Shown piece by piece: positions 40,403 through 51,746 of a DNA stretch of 64,000 nt; positions within the stretch are counted from its first letter, which is position 1, and every line of letters starts with the position of its first letter. The notes beneath the pieces were generated by a model, which was given only the letters and a program-made list of their open reading frames with translations, did not search any database and was not told where the DNA came from. Source of the DNA: an uncultured Holophagales bacterium (GTDB taxonomy: Bacteria; Acidobacteriota; Thermoanaerobaculia; Multivoradales; UBA5704); assembly GCA_963842525.1 (NCBI GenBank), contig CAWJGT010000009.1, positions 608,001 through 672,000 of the forward strand. The letters are read 5' to 3'. The position numbers and the translations under genes were made by a program.

Positions 40403-41188
40403 TTGGTCGAAGTCACGATGAAGGAGCTGCTGGAGGCCGGTGTCCACTTCGGGCACCAGACCCGGCGTTGGAACCCGAAGATGAAGCCTTACATCTTCGG
40501 CAAGCGCAACGGGATCTACATCATCGACCTGCAGAAGACGCTCAAGATGTTCGAGCAGGTCGTCGAGCTCGTCCGGGACCTGGCGGTCCAGGGCAAGCGG
40601 ATCCTGTTCGTCGGCACCAAGCGGCAGGCTCAGGAAGCCATTGCCGAAGAGGCGCGCCGCTCGGGCGAGTTCTACGTCACGAACCGGTGGCTCGGCGGCA
40701 CGCTGACCAACTTCGTGACTCTGCGCGCCTCGATCATCCGCCTGAAGGAGATCGAGTCCCGCCTCTCCGACGAGAACAACTCGCTCACCAAGAAGGAGCG
40801 GCTGCGTCTCGACCGCGAGCGCGACAAGATGGTCAAGAACCTCGAGGGCATCCGCGACATGGAGGAGCTGCCGGACGCGCTCTTCGTCGTCGACCCCAAG
40901 AAGGAATACATCGCGGTCTCCGAAGCGAACAAGCTGGGCATCCCGGTCATCGCCATCGTCGACACCAACTGCGACCCGGAGCTGATCGACTACATCATCC
41001 CCGGCAACGACGACGCGATCCGCGCCATCCGGCTATTCGCCGCCCGCGTCGCCGACGCCTATATCGAGGGCGCCGGCCAGGCCTCCGAAGGTGCCATGAC
41101 GGGCGGCCGGGGCGGAGCGGCGGCACGGATGCCCATGTCGCAGATGCCGGTGATCGACAAGGACATGGCGGGCGCCGCCGCGCACTAA
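40403..41188 (+). CDS. rpsB: 30S ribosomal protein S2
   Basis: [37 protein letters not shown]. Confidence 0.98.
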   Translation: MVEVTMKELLEAGVHFGHQTRRWNPKMKPYIFGKRNGIYIIDLQKTLKMFEQVVELVRDLAVQGKRILFVGTKRQAQEAIAEEARRSGEFYVTNRWLGGTLTNFVTLRASIIRLKEIESRLSDENNSLTKKERLRLDRERDKMVKNLEGIRDMEELPDALFVVDPKKEYIAVSEANKLGIPVIAIVDTNCDPELIDYIIPGNDDAIRAIRLFAARVADAYIEGAGQASEGAMTGGRGGAAARMPMSQMPVIDKDMAGAAAH

Positions 41189-41304
41189 CTCGAATCCAGG
41201 GCGCGCCGCCTCCGGCTGGCGCTTCGGAGAGGTCAGTCGAACCCGTGTCGATCTGACCTTTTCTTTTGTCCGCCCGGATTGTCTAGGAAGGAGAGATCGG
41301 GGTC

Positions 41305-41958
41305 ATGGCTGAAGTCACAGCTCAGATGGTCAAGCAGCTCCGGGAGAGCACCGGCGCTGGAATGATGGATTGCAAGCAGGCGCTCAACGAGACCGGGGGC
41401 AACATGGAGGCCGCGGTCGACTTCCTGCGCAAGAAGGGTCTCGCCGCGGCCGCCAAGAAGGCGGGCCGCGTCACCGCCGAAGGGGCCGTCGGCTCCTACA
41501 TCCACGGCGGCGGCAAGCTCGGCGTCCTCGTCGAGGTCAACTGCGAGACCGATTTCGTGGCGCGCACCGACGCCTTTCAGGAGCTCGTCCGCGACATCGC
41601 CATGCACATTGCCGCGGCAGAGCCGCGCTCCGTGCGCCGCGAAGAGGTCACCACGGACGTGCTCGACCGCGAGCGGGAGATTTTTCGCGATCAAGCGCTC
41701 GCCTCGGGCAAGCCGGCCAACGTGGTCGACAAGATCGTCAACGGCAAGATCGAGAAGTACTTCTCCGAATTCGTCCTCCTCGAGCAGCCGTTCGTGAAGA
41801 ACCCGGACGTCACCGTCGGCCAGATGATCGCCGAGAAGGTCGGCAAGATCGGCGAGAACATCCAGGTGCGGCGTTTCGTCCGCTTCAAGCTCGGCGAGGG
41901 GATCGAGAAGCGATCGGACGACTTCGCCGCCGAGGTCGCGGCCCAGGTCGGAAGGTAG
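41305..41958 (+). CDS. tsf: Elongation factor Ts (short form)
   Basis: [26 protein letters not shown]. Confidence 0.98.
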   Translation: MAEVTAQMVKQLRESTGAGMMDCKQALNETGGNMEAAVDFLRKKGLAAAAKKAGRVTAEGAVGSYIHGGGKLGVLVEVNCETDFVARTDAFQELVRDIAMHIAAAEPRSVRREEVTTDVLDREREIFRDQALASGKPANVVDKIVNGKIEKYFSEFVLLEQPFVKNPDVTVGQMIAEKVGKIGENIQVRRFVRFKLGEGIEKRSDDFAAEVAAQVGR

Positions 41959-41969
41959 AAGGCCTGGTG

Positions 41970-42692
41970 ATGGACGAGGGGTCCCCCGTCTACCGCCGGG
42001 TGCTGCTCAAGCTCTCCGGCGAGGCCCTGATGGGCTCCCAATCGTTCGGGATCGACGAGACGGTGGTGGCCACCATCGCCGACGAGATCCGGGACATCCA
42101 CGCTCTGGGCGTGGAGATCTCGGTAGTCGTCGGCGGTGGCAACATCATTCGCGGCCTGGCCGCCAGCCACCGCGGCATCGACCGCGTGACCGGCGACTAC
42201 ATGGGCATGCTGGCCACCGTGATCAACGCCCTGGCCCTGCAGGACGCCCTGGAGAAGAGGAACGTCCCCACCCGGGTGCAGACGGCGATCGACATCCGCG
42301 AGGTGGCCGAGCCGTTCATCCGCCGCCGGGCCATGCGCCATCTAGAGAAGGGGCGGGTCGTCATCTTCGCGGCCGGCACGGGCAACCCCTTCTTCACGAC
42401 CGACAGCGCCGCGGCCCTGCGGGCCAACGAGATCCACGCCGAGGTCCTGCTCAAGGCCACCAAGGTCGACGGCCTCTACTCGGCAGATCCGGAGAAGGAC
42501 CCGAACGCCGAGCTCCTGCCCGAGGTCACCTACCAGGAGGTTCTGGAGAAGGACCTCAAGGTCATGGACACCGCGGCGATCAGCCTCTGCCGTGACAACG
42601 GCATCCCCATCGCCATCTTCAACCTGATGGCCCACGGCAACATCCGCCGGGTGATCTGCGGCGAGAGGGTGGGGTCGGTCGTACGGGCGTAG
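41970..42692 (+). CDS. pyrH: Uridylate kinase
   Basis: [32 protein letters not shown]. Confidence 0.97.
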   Translation: MDEGSPVYRRVLLKLSGEALMGSQSFGIDETVVATIADEIRDIHALGVEISVVVGGGNIIRGLAASHRGIDRVTGDYMGMLATVINALALQDALEKRNVPTRVQTAIDIREVAEPFIRRRAMRHLEKGRVVIFAAGTGNPFFTTDSAAALRANEIHAEVLLKATKVDGLYSADPEKDPNAELLPEVTYQEVLEKDLKVMDTAAISLCRDNGIPIAIFNLMAHGNIRRVICGERVGSVVRA

Positions 42693-42766
42693 GCCGGCCG
42701 CCCGTTTGACAGCCGCGAGCGCTCGGGGAGAAGATTCTCGCTCGCCCGACGAAGAGGAGGGGAACC

Positions 42767-43321
42767 ATGAAAGAGGTGTTCAAGGACGTCGAGACGCGGA
42801 TGAAGCACGCGGTGGACCACTTCCACACCGAGCTCAAGCACATCCGGACCGGGCGGGCCTCGCTGGCGTTGCTGGACGGCGTCACGGTCGAGTACTACGG
42901 CACGCCGATGCCGATCAACCAACTCGCGACCCTGTCCGTGGCCGACGCTTCGATGATCGTGGCCCAGCCCTACGACTCGACGCAGATCTCGGCCATCGAG
43001 CGGGCCATCCTGAAGTCCGACCTGGGGCTCAACCCCTCGAACGACGGCAAGATCATCCGCATCCCGGTGCCGTCGCTGACCGAAGAGCGCCGCCGCGAGT
43101 TCGTCAAGAAGGCCCACGACTTTGCCGAGCACGCCAGGAACGGCATCCGCCAGGTCCGCCGCGAAGGCAACGACAAGCTCAAGAAGATGGAGAAGGACAA
43201 GGCGATCAGCCAGGACGACGAGCGGCGCGGCCTGGACGAGGTCCAGAAGCTCCACGACCGCTACATCGAAGAGATCGGCACCGCGCTCCACAAGAAAGAG
43301 CAGCAGATCATGGAGGTGTAG
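42767..43321 (+). CDS. frr: Ribosome recycling factor
   Basis: IRTGRA, DLGLNPSNDG, LTEERRRE. Confidence 0.98.
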   Translation: MKEVFKDVETRMKHAVDHFHTELKHIRTGRASLALLDGVTVEYYGTPMPINQLATLSVADASMIVAQPYDSTQISAIERAILKSDLGLNPSNDGKIIRIPVPSLTEERRREFVKKAHDFAEHARNGIRQVRREGNDKLKKMEKDKAISQDDERRGLDEVQKLHDRYIEEIGTALHKKEQQIMEV

Positions 43322-43371
43322 GGGAGGGCTCCAGATGGCCGATCGGTGGTGTGCTTATGCCGGTCGGCCGA

Positions 43372-43582
43372 TCAGAGCTTGGCTTCGAGGTCGTACTGGA
43401 ATTCGGGTGTGACCTCGGCCCCCTTGGCGGCGATCTCACGGAGGTCATCATCGGGGAGATCGCCGATTGAAAGCAGCCGGCGCTTCTCGGAGGCGACGAG
43501 AACGGGAATCCGCTTCCCGTTCAAGAACTCCACGACATCGCGGTACACCGCCGGGTTGAGAGCCCTTAACCTTGTACCGCAT
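43372..43582 (-). CDS. Small hypothetical protein (~69 aa; needs removal of one G near 43563)
   Basis: MRYKVK|ALNPAVYRDVVEFLNGKRIPVLVASEKRRLLSIGDLPDDDLREIAAKGAEVTPEFQYDLEAKL; protein-like and absent from the ORF track. Confidence 0.45.
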
Positions 43583-43725
43583 AAAGTCAGTGTAGCAGAT
43601 CCGGATCAGATGGCCTGGACTGCGGCCAGCCAGTCCAGCGCCAGCCTACTGAGGTTCAGTAGAGTGCACCGCTCGGTGTCGCTCATGGCCTACTGCCCCA
43701 TGTACAGGAATACACCCCAAGCCAA

Positions 43726-44655
43726 CTACTCACTGCATTCCCGAATCATAAGGCCGGTCTTCTCCCTCAAGAAGCTGACGAAGCTCTCATCAGTGGTAGG
43801 CGCGATGCACGTTCGCTTGGCCTCGCCCTCAGGGCACTTGCCGATACCTGAGATAATGCCAAACACACGGACCGACCCGCTCGGTGTATAATGGTTTCCA
43901 AGCCTTGTGAGCCTCTCCGGGATGAAAGCTGGTCCGCCACTGTCGAGAGGGCAGGCTGAAGTCCCCTGCCCTAGTTCCGGCCGGGCGGGCAGGAATCCGC
44001 CTTGGCGCTCGAGGATTTCCAGAACACCTGAGTTCGCCGCACTGGCCGCGCTCACGGGGCGAGGCCCGGCTCCCTGCTGTTCGATCAGTTCACAGAAGCC
44101 CGTGATCACCACCTTTGTAGCGGGTCTTGGAGCGCATCTCGTGAGTGCAAACGTATCCCCCAGATCAATATCTTCTCCGAGAGTACAGATCGCCCAGTCC
44201 TTCCACGTCTCTGGTGACGGGAATCTCGAACACTTAGCCCTCTTGGTTCCGACCTGCTTTCCAAGATCTACATCAATCTCAGGGGGTGCGGGGCTCTTGG
44301 GTACGCAGTGCCTGGCGGTCAGGAAGTCTCTCTTCGAGACGAAGAACCCCGTGCAGTCGTCCCCTGGATTGGCCGTGGGTCCAAGGGAGCGCACAAGCGC
44401 AAGTCTCTGCGGCAGCGGCGCCGCGTTGGGCTCACCTACCGTCTCACGCTCGACGCGCTTGGCGCTGAAGGTGAAGTCCTCGATGTCAACTGGGTGCTTC
44501 AGCTTGTAGTCGGCAATTGGAACCTCGATGGGGACCGCTTCTATCTCGAAGTACACTACCTCCCACCGTTGCTTGTGCTTGCAGCCAGCAAGTGCCGCAG
44601 CGATCAGGACGAGGGCCGTAAGCCGGACTGTCGGACTCCTAGACAGCGGGTTCAT
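43726..44655 (-). CDS. Trypsin-like (S1) serine protease lipoprotein
   Basis: LAGC lipobox; CTG...FLTARHCV, KDWAI, ACPLDSGGP triad motifs. Confidence 0.85.
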   Translation of the reverse strand: MNPLSRSPTVRLTALVLIAAALAGCKHKQRWEVVYFEIEAVPIEVPIADYKLKHPVDIEDFTFSAKRVERETVGEPNAAPLPQRLALVRSLGPTANPGDDCTGFFVSKRDFLTARHCVPKSPAPPEIDVDLGKQVGTKRAKCSRFPSPETWKDWAICTLGEDIDLGDTFALTRCAPRPATKVVITGFCELIEQQGAGPRPVSAASAANSGVLEILERQGGFLPARPELGQGTSACPLDSGGPAFIPERLTRLGNHYTPSGSVRVFGIISGIGKCPEGEAKRTCIAPTTDESFVSFLREKTGLMIRECSE

Positions 44656-45478
44656 CGTGCACCTCCCAACTCAGGAAGGGCCAGTCGCCCTGAACCCAGG
44701 CCGCATCCGGGCAGATGGGATTTCCTGGCGTCACCTGGCCATCGCGGGCCAACTGCGGCCGATGATTCGCCACGCGCTCGAACATGTGAAAGTGGGGCAC
44801 TAGGACAAGGTTCTCCTGAATATTTATGAACGGAAGAGAGACGGTCGCGGGCTCGTTGCTGATGCTGAATTCAACCACCCCGCCGACCGGTGTGAGAGAG
44901 AAAGAGTTTTCACCGTGGTCGACCGTAAGCCGGGAGAGGCCCTCCAGTTGAAGATGGACGAACTCCGCGATCACCCCGACTCCCTTCCACTTCACCGGAC
45001 CCTGGTCGTCGGTAACCTCTCCGGAGGCAAAGAGGGTGCCGGCAGGCAGTGCGATACGGGACGTCACCTTCTCGATCCGGCCGTCCTGCTGCGGCTGAGT
45101 CACGGCCGTGACGCCCAAGCGGCGCAAGTCCGGGACCTTTGCCATGGAGTCATCTCGCACGAACGCCGTCGCTGTCTCAGTCTCCGCCCGGATGCGCACG
45201 ATGGTGTTTGCCAACGAAACGCGGGTGATCGCGCGGCCATCTGGCCCGATGATGTACTGGTCCCAGCCTGGCAAAGCCGGTTGGTGGATGTTTCCCAGGT
45301 TCCCGCGGCTCTCATAGAGAAAGGCCATGTACGGATGGTGCCGGTGGTGCTCAGGCGCGTCCGCGGTGTCCAGCACGAGAAACTCGGCAGATTTCGGTTT
45401 CTCGGCGTCGTCCATGACCAGGAGGCAGAGTCCGGTCATCGTCAATTTCGCATCAAAGCTCATCTTTTGTTCCTCCAA
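44639..45478 (-). CDS. Hypothetical beta-rich protein coupled to the CHAT gene
   Basis: Overlaps the CHAT stop upstream and the protease start downstream; no family recognised. Confidence 0.75.
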   Translation of the reverse strand: MEEQKMSFDAKLTMTGLCLLVMDDAEKPKSAEFLVLDTADAPEHHRHHPYMAFLYESRGNLGNIHQPALPGWDQYIIGPDGRAITRVSLANTIVRIRAETETATAFVRDDSMAKVPDLRRLGVTAVTQPQQDGRIEKVTSRIALPAGTLFASGEVTDDQGPVKWKGVGVIAEFVHLQLEGLSRLTVDHGENSFSLTPVGGVVEFSISNEPATVSLPFINIQENLVLVPHFHMFERVANHRPQLARDGQVTPGNPICPDAAWVQGDWPFLSWEVHDEPAV

Positions 45479-46289
45479 AGACGACGTAGTTTGCCCATTG
45501 AAACGTGTTTCGCTCGTTCCGCTTCAACTCATCGAGTACGCTCTGTCTAAATGCTGAAGGGGCAGGCTCCCCGGCTACGCTTCGGGCGTGAAAGGACTGC
45601 ATGAACTGCGGCGCCCAGTTATCACTGATCGGCGATATTGTCGCTATCACATTCCTGGCTCCACGTGCCAGAAAGACCGCGGCGAGTCCTCCGAGGTCCT
45701 CACGGTGGAGCCCTACGGCTCTCGCAGTGTCGCAGCCGGACAGGACAACAAGGTCCAGGTGCTCCATCTTCACGCCGCTCAGGTCGTTTAGTGTCACTCT
45801 TGAGTCGCCATGTGGGGCGGCGCCATCGGCGGCAAGATGCAGCGCCGTCTCCACGAATGAGTCCTGGTTCACCTCCACGTGCCCCGCGAAATGCAAAATC
45901 GTGTTCGAGCTGAGCGCCTGGAGGAACCTCGCCTTCGTAGCGGCTGGGCCGGTCAACAGAACGGCATTGTCATAGAGGCCTGCCACGGTTTCGGCTTCGC
46001 GCAGAGCTCCGGGCAAATCGGGTAGCCGCTGGTGGGCCGCGGGGTCGAGCGTCGGGTCGCCCACGACGAGCGCCGATCTCTCCAGCACTTTTTCGTGCCG
46101 AGCGGGCAGCGTTGCCAGAAGCGACAGACTCGGCGAAACCACGATCTCATGGTCCTCTATCATGAGCCTGCCCGTCGATGGATTTCTGAGGGCCGCCACC
46201 GGTAGCACTCCCAGCACAGTATCCGGAATGAACACGACTCGGTGATCCGCCGCAGAAAGCCCCGCAGGCTGCACCAGCTTCGTATAGAG

Positions 46290-47948
46290 GTATCTGTTTA
46301 CCGCCCTAGTGCCGCCTTCCCCGAGCGGTGGCACGTCCGCAAGGGCTTGAAGTTCTCTTCTCGGCATGGTCTAATGTCTTTCAGGCATGCCGACTTACGA
46401 GGAACTCCTTCAAGAGAACTCTGAGCTTCGCCAAGACAACGGTGAGCTTCGCCAGCGGGTGGAGGAGCAGGAGCGCCAGATTGCGCACCTGAAGCGCCGA
46501 ATCGTCGATCTGGAGAAACTTGTCGAGGAGCTACGGCGCCGGGGCAAACGCCAGGCTGCCCCCTTCTCGAAGGGAGATCCGAGCGAGGATCCCAAGTCTC
46601 CAGGGCGCAAAGCCGGGGATCAATATGGTCAGCAAGCGACTCGAGCTGTGCCCGATCACGTCGACGAAACCATCGTGGTGGAGTGCCCGCTGTATTGTGA
46701 GCACTGTGGGGGTCAGGTCATTCCGCAGGGCGAAGCTCGCCAGTATCAGACCGATCTGCCGCCGATTCGGCCGGTGACGACGGAGTTCATCCTCCATTAT
46801 GGGAAGTGCTCGGCATGTGGCCGGGAAGCTGTGGGGCGTCACCCGCGCCAGACTTCCCAGGCGTTCCGGGTCGGCAACGTGCAACTCGGTCCAAACGTGT
46901 TGGGGCTCGCCGCCTGGCTCAACAAGGTCGGAGGCTTGAGCTACGGCAAGATCGCCGCGTTGCTGAAGGAGCTGGCTGGACTGTCTGTGTCGCGCTCGGC
47001 CCTGTGCCGCGCGCTGCTTCGCATGAGTAAGAAGCTGGAGCCCTTGTACGAGGAGCTGAAGGCGAAGATCCGGAGCTTCTCCTGTGGTGTACCCGGACGA
47101 GACGGGCTGGCGGGAGGGGGGCTATAGCGTGTGGTTGTGGGTGTTCACCAATCGCAGCGAGACGGTCTACAGCATCCAGCCGGGTCGTGGCTATGCCGAG
47201 GCCTCTGAGGTCCTGGGGGAGGGCTTTGTCGGCGTGCTGGTGGCTGATGGTTGGGCTCCCTATCAGAAATTTGAAGAAGCGACTCATCAGACCTGTCTGG
47301 CGCATCTGTTGCGCCGTTGCGAGGAGCTGCTGGAGAAGGCGACAGGGGGTGCGGTGCGCTTTCCTCGGGCGGTGAAAGAGATCCTGCAGGCCGCCTTGGA
47401 GGCGCGAGATCAGCGGGACGCGGGCAAGCTCAGCGGCGAGGCGCTGGAGAAGGTCAAGCAGGACTTGGAGTCTCCAGATGGAAAGGCGTCTGTCGGGGCA
47501 GTTCACGAACCCCGACAACCAGCGTCTGGCTCAGCATTTGATACGTCACCAGGAGCAGCTGTTTGTCTTCCTGGAACGCACGGATGTGGAGGCGACCAAT
47601 TGGCCGGCCGAACAAGGGATTCGCCCGGCGGTCATCAACCGCAAGACATCTGGGGGAAATCGGACGGCCGAGGGGTCCCAGGCGCAAGCGGTCTTGATGA
47701 GTGCCCTGCGCACATTTCAGCAACACCAAGTCGGGACACTCGAGATCTTGCCCCAGCTTCTGCGCAGCCCCCAGCTACCGAAGCTTGAGGCAATACTTCC
47801 TGCGTCACAGCCACCGTAACAGTTCTCGCCACGAGTTATCCGTGGCTCCAGGTCGGTAGCCGCTCGCCCTCGTCAGGTCGCCTGGCCAGCGCGGACGTGT
47901 GTCCAGGGAAAACCTTCCCCAAAAGTGCCGCTGACGGTAAACAGATAC
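46290..47948 (+). mobile_element. IS66 family insertion sequence (single-ORF, ISBst12-like), 1659 bp
   Basis: 14-bp perfect TIR GTATCTGTTTACCG; 8-bp target duplication GTATAGAG at 46282-46289 and 47949-47956. Confidence 0.95.
46387..47819 (+). CDS. IS66 transposase TnpC (two +1 frameshifts near 47080 and 47470)
   Basis: Coiled-coil N-terminus, CEHCG / CSACG Zn motif, DETGWR, LVADGW, QTCLAHLLR, TNWPAEQGIR. Confidence 0.92.
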
Positions 47949-50626
47949 GTATAGAGTTCGGTTGCCAGCTCGAGAGTCCGATCATTCTGAGGGTTTTGAC
48001 GGACTCCGGCTACGAATTCTCCGACCAGCCGAGTCAGCGTCTCCCGGGGCAGCGGAACCACATCGTGTCGGATTCCCTTCTTAGATACGACGGTCGTTAG
48101 CAGTCTGGTCGGGAGGGTCGTGTGCATCACCACCCTGACTCCCTCGGGAAGCTCCCGTAGTAGACGCTCTCCGAGTGCGTTCGTGCCGGAGGCATGCCTC
48201 CCAGCAAGGTCTGCCGCGACCTGGGAGCGCATCCGGTCTGCGATCCGCAAGATCTGCTGCTCGTCAGTTGGGCTCTTCGCCAGCTCGTGCTCTAGGATTT
48301 GTTCCCAGACCGAGCGCGAGAGGGCGGCGGCCCGGGCTCGTATCTCCAGGTCATCGGAACTGGCCCCGACAGTATCGAAATACTGGGCGGCCCTACGGAG
48401 GGCTTCCTCCGCCGGTTCGTGGAGGCCCTGCCTCTCCAAAGCCTCCGACCTGGCTAGGTAGACCTGCAACCTCTCGTAGAGGTAGCCGGCGTCCGCCTGC
48501 TGGCCGAACGCGCCGTCCAGCAGCGCGGTCGATCGCTCGGGGTCGCGTCCCACCATCGCTAGCGCCTCGACGAGGTTCAGCGAAACGAGGATGCTATCCT
48601 TGAGGCTGCTCTCTGGAAGCTGCGAAGCCGCTTCCCGAGAGCCGGTGAGATCCGCGATCGCGCGTTCATATTCGTTGAGCTGGACCCATGCCCGCGCCCT
48701 CTGCCGCAACGCGTCCGCGAACCCCGTCGGTTTGTCCCAACGGCTGGCGTTGATCAACAGTTGCTTGCCGATCTGCAGTGAGAGACGAGCCAGCCCTTGT
48801 CGTCGCAGATCGACCATCGCCTCACTCAACATGGCATGGATCCTTCGATAATCGTTCGTATAGGCAAGAACTGCGAATGCGCGCGAGCGGTACCACCAGC
48901 CGCGTCGAACGTCGCCGAGCTCGTCGTAGGCGGTGGCAATCAACACGTTGGTAAATGCCGAGCCTCGCTCCCCACTGCTCTGCTGCAGGAAGTCGTGCGC
49001 TTTGAAGTATCTCTTCAGAGCTGTAGCGGCGTCCCCCCTCACCTGATCGATTGTCCCTCGCATCCATTGCACCCGACCGCGAAGCGGGCGGTAGCCGGGA
49101 TCGAGAGCCTGCTCCAAACCGCTGAGAATACGATCAGCTTTCTCCGCGTCGCGGTAGTAGATACAGATCGACCGGAAGAAGGTCGCCCAGTGTACGAAGG
49201 GAGATCCCGCGTCTCGAAAGCCCGTCTCGGCTCTCTCGAACAGGTCTTCCGCGGCCTTGGTGTCCTGGTCTTCGTAGAGCTGCCGCGCCAAGTGGTAATC
49301 GCGATGCGCTTGGCGTAGGTGCGCCGCTCTTTCCGCGTCGCCGGAGGTTTTGTTGATCACCTCGGCCTCGTCGGCGAGAAGAGTGTCCCGTCCGGCTTGC
49401 TTGAGGGCGTCGGCGATTGTCCAGATAGTCTGAGCGGTCACCACCGCGCGCGGTTCGTCGAATTCATCCGCCCATCTACCGAGCAGGTGGTCCTCCACCG
49501 CGATCCGAGCGAGGTAAGGTTCGCGAGCGGCAAACTCCGCTAGCAGCCCGGGGGCCGTGAACTCCCCTTCCTCAATGGCTCGCGCCGTCTCTTCTCTGCG
49601 TGCCGAAGCTTCCAGGTGGTCTGTGATCTCCGAAAGCTTCCTGGAAGAGAGGCTCGCCCAGTACGGATCGCCGGCTTCAGCGACTCTCCTCCAGTGCTTG
49701 AGCGCCAGATCGGTGAGGTGTAGCTTTGTCAAGATGAGGGCGCGGTTGTAGCCCAGTTGAGGGGACCAGCCCAGGTCCCGGATTGCAAGATCCACCAGCT
49801 CGAGAGCCTGCAGATAATTCAACGGGGCATTCGTTTCCCTACCTAGGTTCAGATGGGCAATCGCGGCGTCGTTCAGTAGTTCACCGCCTCTTGCTGCCGC
49901 CTCGGCAGAAAGTACCTCCGTGGCAGCCCGGTAGTCGCCTACCGCTAGGCGGAACAGCCCCTGCCAAGCTGGGTCAGAGGAACTCGCTCGCAGACAGTTC
50001 CCGACATCCTTCAGAAGAAGCAGCCGTCGTGTCTTGTGGTTCGTCTTGGCCGGGTGGAGGCTCGGTGGCGGAACCGAGAGTACGACGCCATCGATTTCTG
50101 GCGTGAGGGCAATCGCCTCGGCCAGCATCTCTTTTGGGGATGGACGGCAGGCGCCCGAGAGAAGAGACAAAACGAGGAGCGGAGATAGGAGGGTGGTTGA
50201 AGGGCGGCGAATCCGGAGAGCCATTCGATCGTCTCCCAATTTTAGTACTCGGACCGCCCGCCTACTGAATCTTCACTCTGCGGTGCCAGCCTGAGATCTG
50301 AGGCCAGTACTACACGGTGCTAAAATGCCCATCCTGCGAGTTCGGTCGTGGCCTTTATCTTAAGCCAAGTTGTCCGGCCGCCACCGAAGTAGGCGAAAAC
50401 GTGCTAGCTGAACGTAGGAAGTCCGTTACGCCGGGTTTGCGGCCATTGTTCTCTCCATTTTATTGGACCTCCCGCTGGTTTGGAGGCTTCGCTGAGCGGC
50501 GCGGCCTCGACGAGCAGCAGATCATGGAGGTGTCGGGACAAAGGTCCAGACGGCCTATCGATGGCACGCTGAATCGCTATCGATATCGGGCGGCCGAAGG
50601 TGAGGCGCGTATCATCTCGTATTGCC

Positions 50627-51349
50627 ATGTTCCTCTACGGCTACCATCCCGTCCGCGAAGCCCTTCGCCACAGGCCGCACGAGGTCGTCCGCGTCCTGGT
50701 GAGCACCAGCCGGACCGGCCGGCGGCGCGAGGAGATCGAGAATCTTTGCCAGCGGCACCGGGTGCCGCTGGAGGTCGTCCCGGAGAAGGTGCTCTCGCAG
50801 CGGGCCGGCCCGGCCCACAACGGCATGGCGGCCGAGGTGGCGACCTCACCTCCGGCCGAGACGGCAGGCGGGGATCCGCATCTGGTCGTGCTCCTGGAGG
50901 ACGTCCAGGACCCGCGCAACCTGGGGGCTGTCTTGCGGGTCTGCGAGGGGGCGGGGGTCGGCCGGGTGCTGATCCGCGACCGCGGCTCGGCTCCGGTCTC
51001 GCCCACGGTCGCCAAGACCTCCGCCGGCGCCAGCGAGTGGCTCGACGTCGAGCGCATCACCAACACCGCCGCCGAGCTCGAGCGCCTCAAGGAGGAGGGC
51101 TTCTGGGTCTATGGCACCGATGCGGACGGCGAGCCGCCCTGGGAGATCGACCTCACCGGCAAGGTCGTCCTCCTCTTCGGCGGCGAGGAGAAGGGGCTCC
51201 GCGCCCGCACCCGCCAGATCTCTGACCGCCTGATCGGCCTGCCCATGCGCGGCAAGGTCGGCTCCCTCAACATCTCCACCGCGGCGGCGGCGGTCCTGTA
51301 TGAAGCGGTGCGGCAGCGGAGCTTGCCACGGCGGGATGACAACGGCTAA
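50627..51349 (+). CDS. rlmB: 23S rRNA Gm2251 methyltransferase
   Basis: YGYHPVREAL, DPRNLGA, GGEEKGLR, SLNISTA. Confidence 0.93.
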   Translation: MFLYGYHPVREALRHRPHEVVRVLVSTSRTGRRREEIENLCQRHRVPLEVVPEKVLSQRAGPAHNGMAAEVATSPPAETAGGDPHLVVLLEDVQDPRNLGAVLRVCEGAGVGRVLIRDRGSAPVSPTVAKTSAGASEWLDVERITNTAAELERLKEEGFWVYGTDADGEPPWEIDLTGKVVLLFGGEEKGLRARTRQISDRLIGLPMRGKVGSLNISTAAAAVLYEAVRQRSLPRRDDNG

Positions 51350-51421
51350 ACTCTCCGCCGCTCTGGAATAGGGGCTGCCCTGGGAGAGTTCTTGAGCCTG
51401 GGCTTCCCTGAAGGGGGAACC

Positions 51422-51496
51422 GCCGGCATAGCTCAGGGGTAGAGCTACTGTCTTGTAAACAGTAGGTCCCCGGTTCGATTCCGGGTGCCGGCTCCA
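51422..51496 (+). tRNA. tRNA-Thr(TGT)
   Basis: Cloverleaf, CT-TGT-AA loop, CCA. Confidence 0.96.
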
Positions 51497-51524
51497 TCCG
51501 CGGAGCAGCAGGCAAGCGTTCTTT

Positions 51525-51611
51525 GGAGGCGTACCCGAGTGGCCAAAGGGGGCAGACTGTAAATCTGCTGGGCAACGCCCTACGGTGGTTCGAATCCATC
51601 CGCCTCCACCA
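51525..51611 (+). tRNA. tRNA-Tyr(GTA)
   Basis: Cloverleaf with long variable arm, CT-GTA-AA loop, CCA. Confidence 0.96.
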
Positions 51612-51620
51612 TCTCTCTTT

Positions 51621-51695
51621 GCGGGAGTAACTCAGGGGTAGAGTCACAGCCTTCCAAGCTGTTGGTCGCGGGTTCGAATCCCGTCTCCCGCTCCA
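51621..51695 (+). tRNA. tRNA-Gly(TCC)
   Basis: Cloverleaf, CT-TCC-AA loop, CCA. Confidence 0.96.
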
Positions 51696-51746
51696 TTTCA
51701 TCTTCCAAAAAAGCTCGGGCCACCGCAGGGGGAAGAGAAGCGCTCC

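Larger units (their letters stand above)
45453..50224 (-). pseudogene. TPR-CHAT (caspase/separase-like) protease of ~1034 aa, interrupted by IS66
   Basis: N-part 47957-50224 is TPR-like with a possible LSGAC lipobox; C-part 45453-46289 has LHFAGH and VVLSGC; removing the IS restores the frame (ELATELYT|KLVQP). Confidence 0.9.

Noticed and set aside
50240-50620. Less GC-rich spacer upstream of the CHAT gene as a hidden gene or ncRNA
   Set aside because: No convincing ORF, repeat or stable structure seen; probably a divergent promoter region or island boundary
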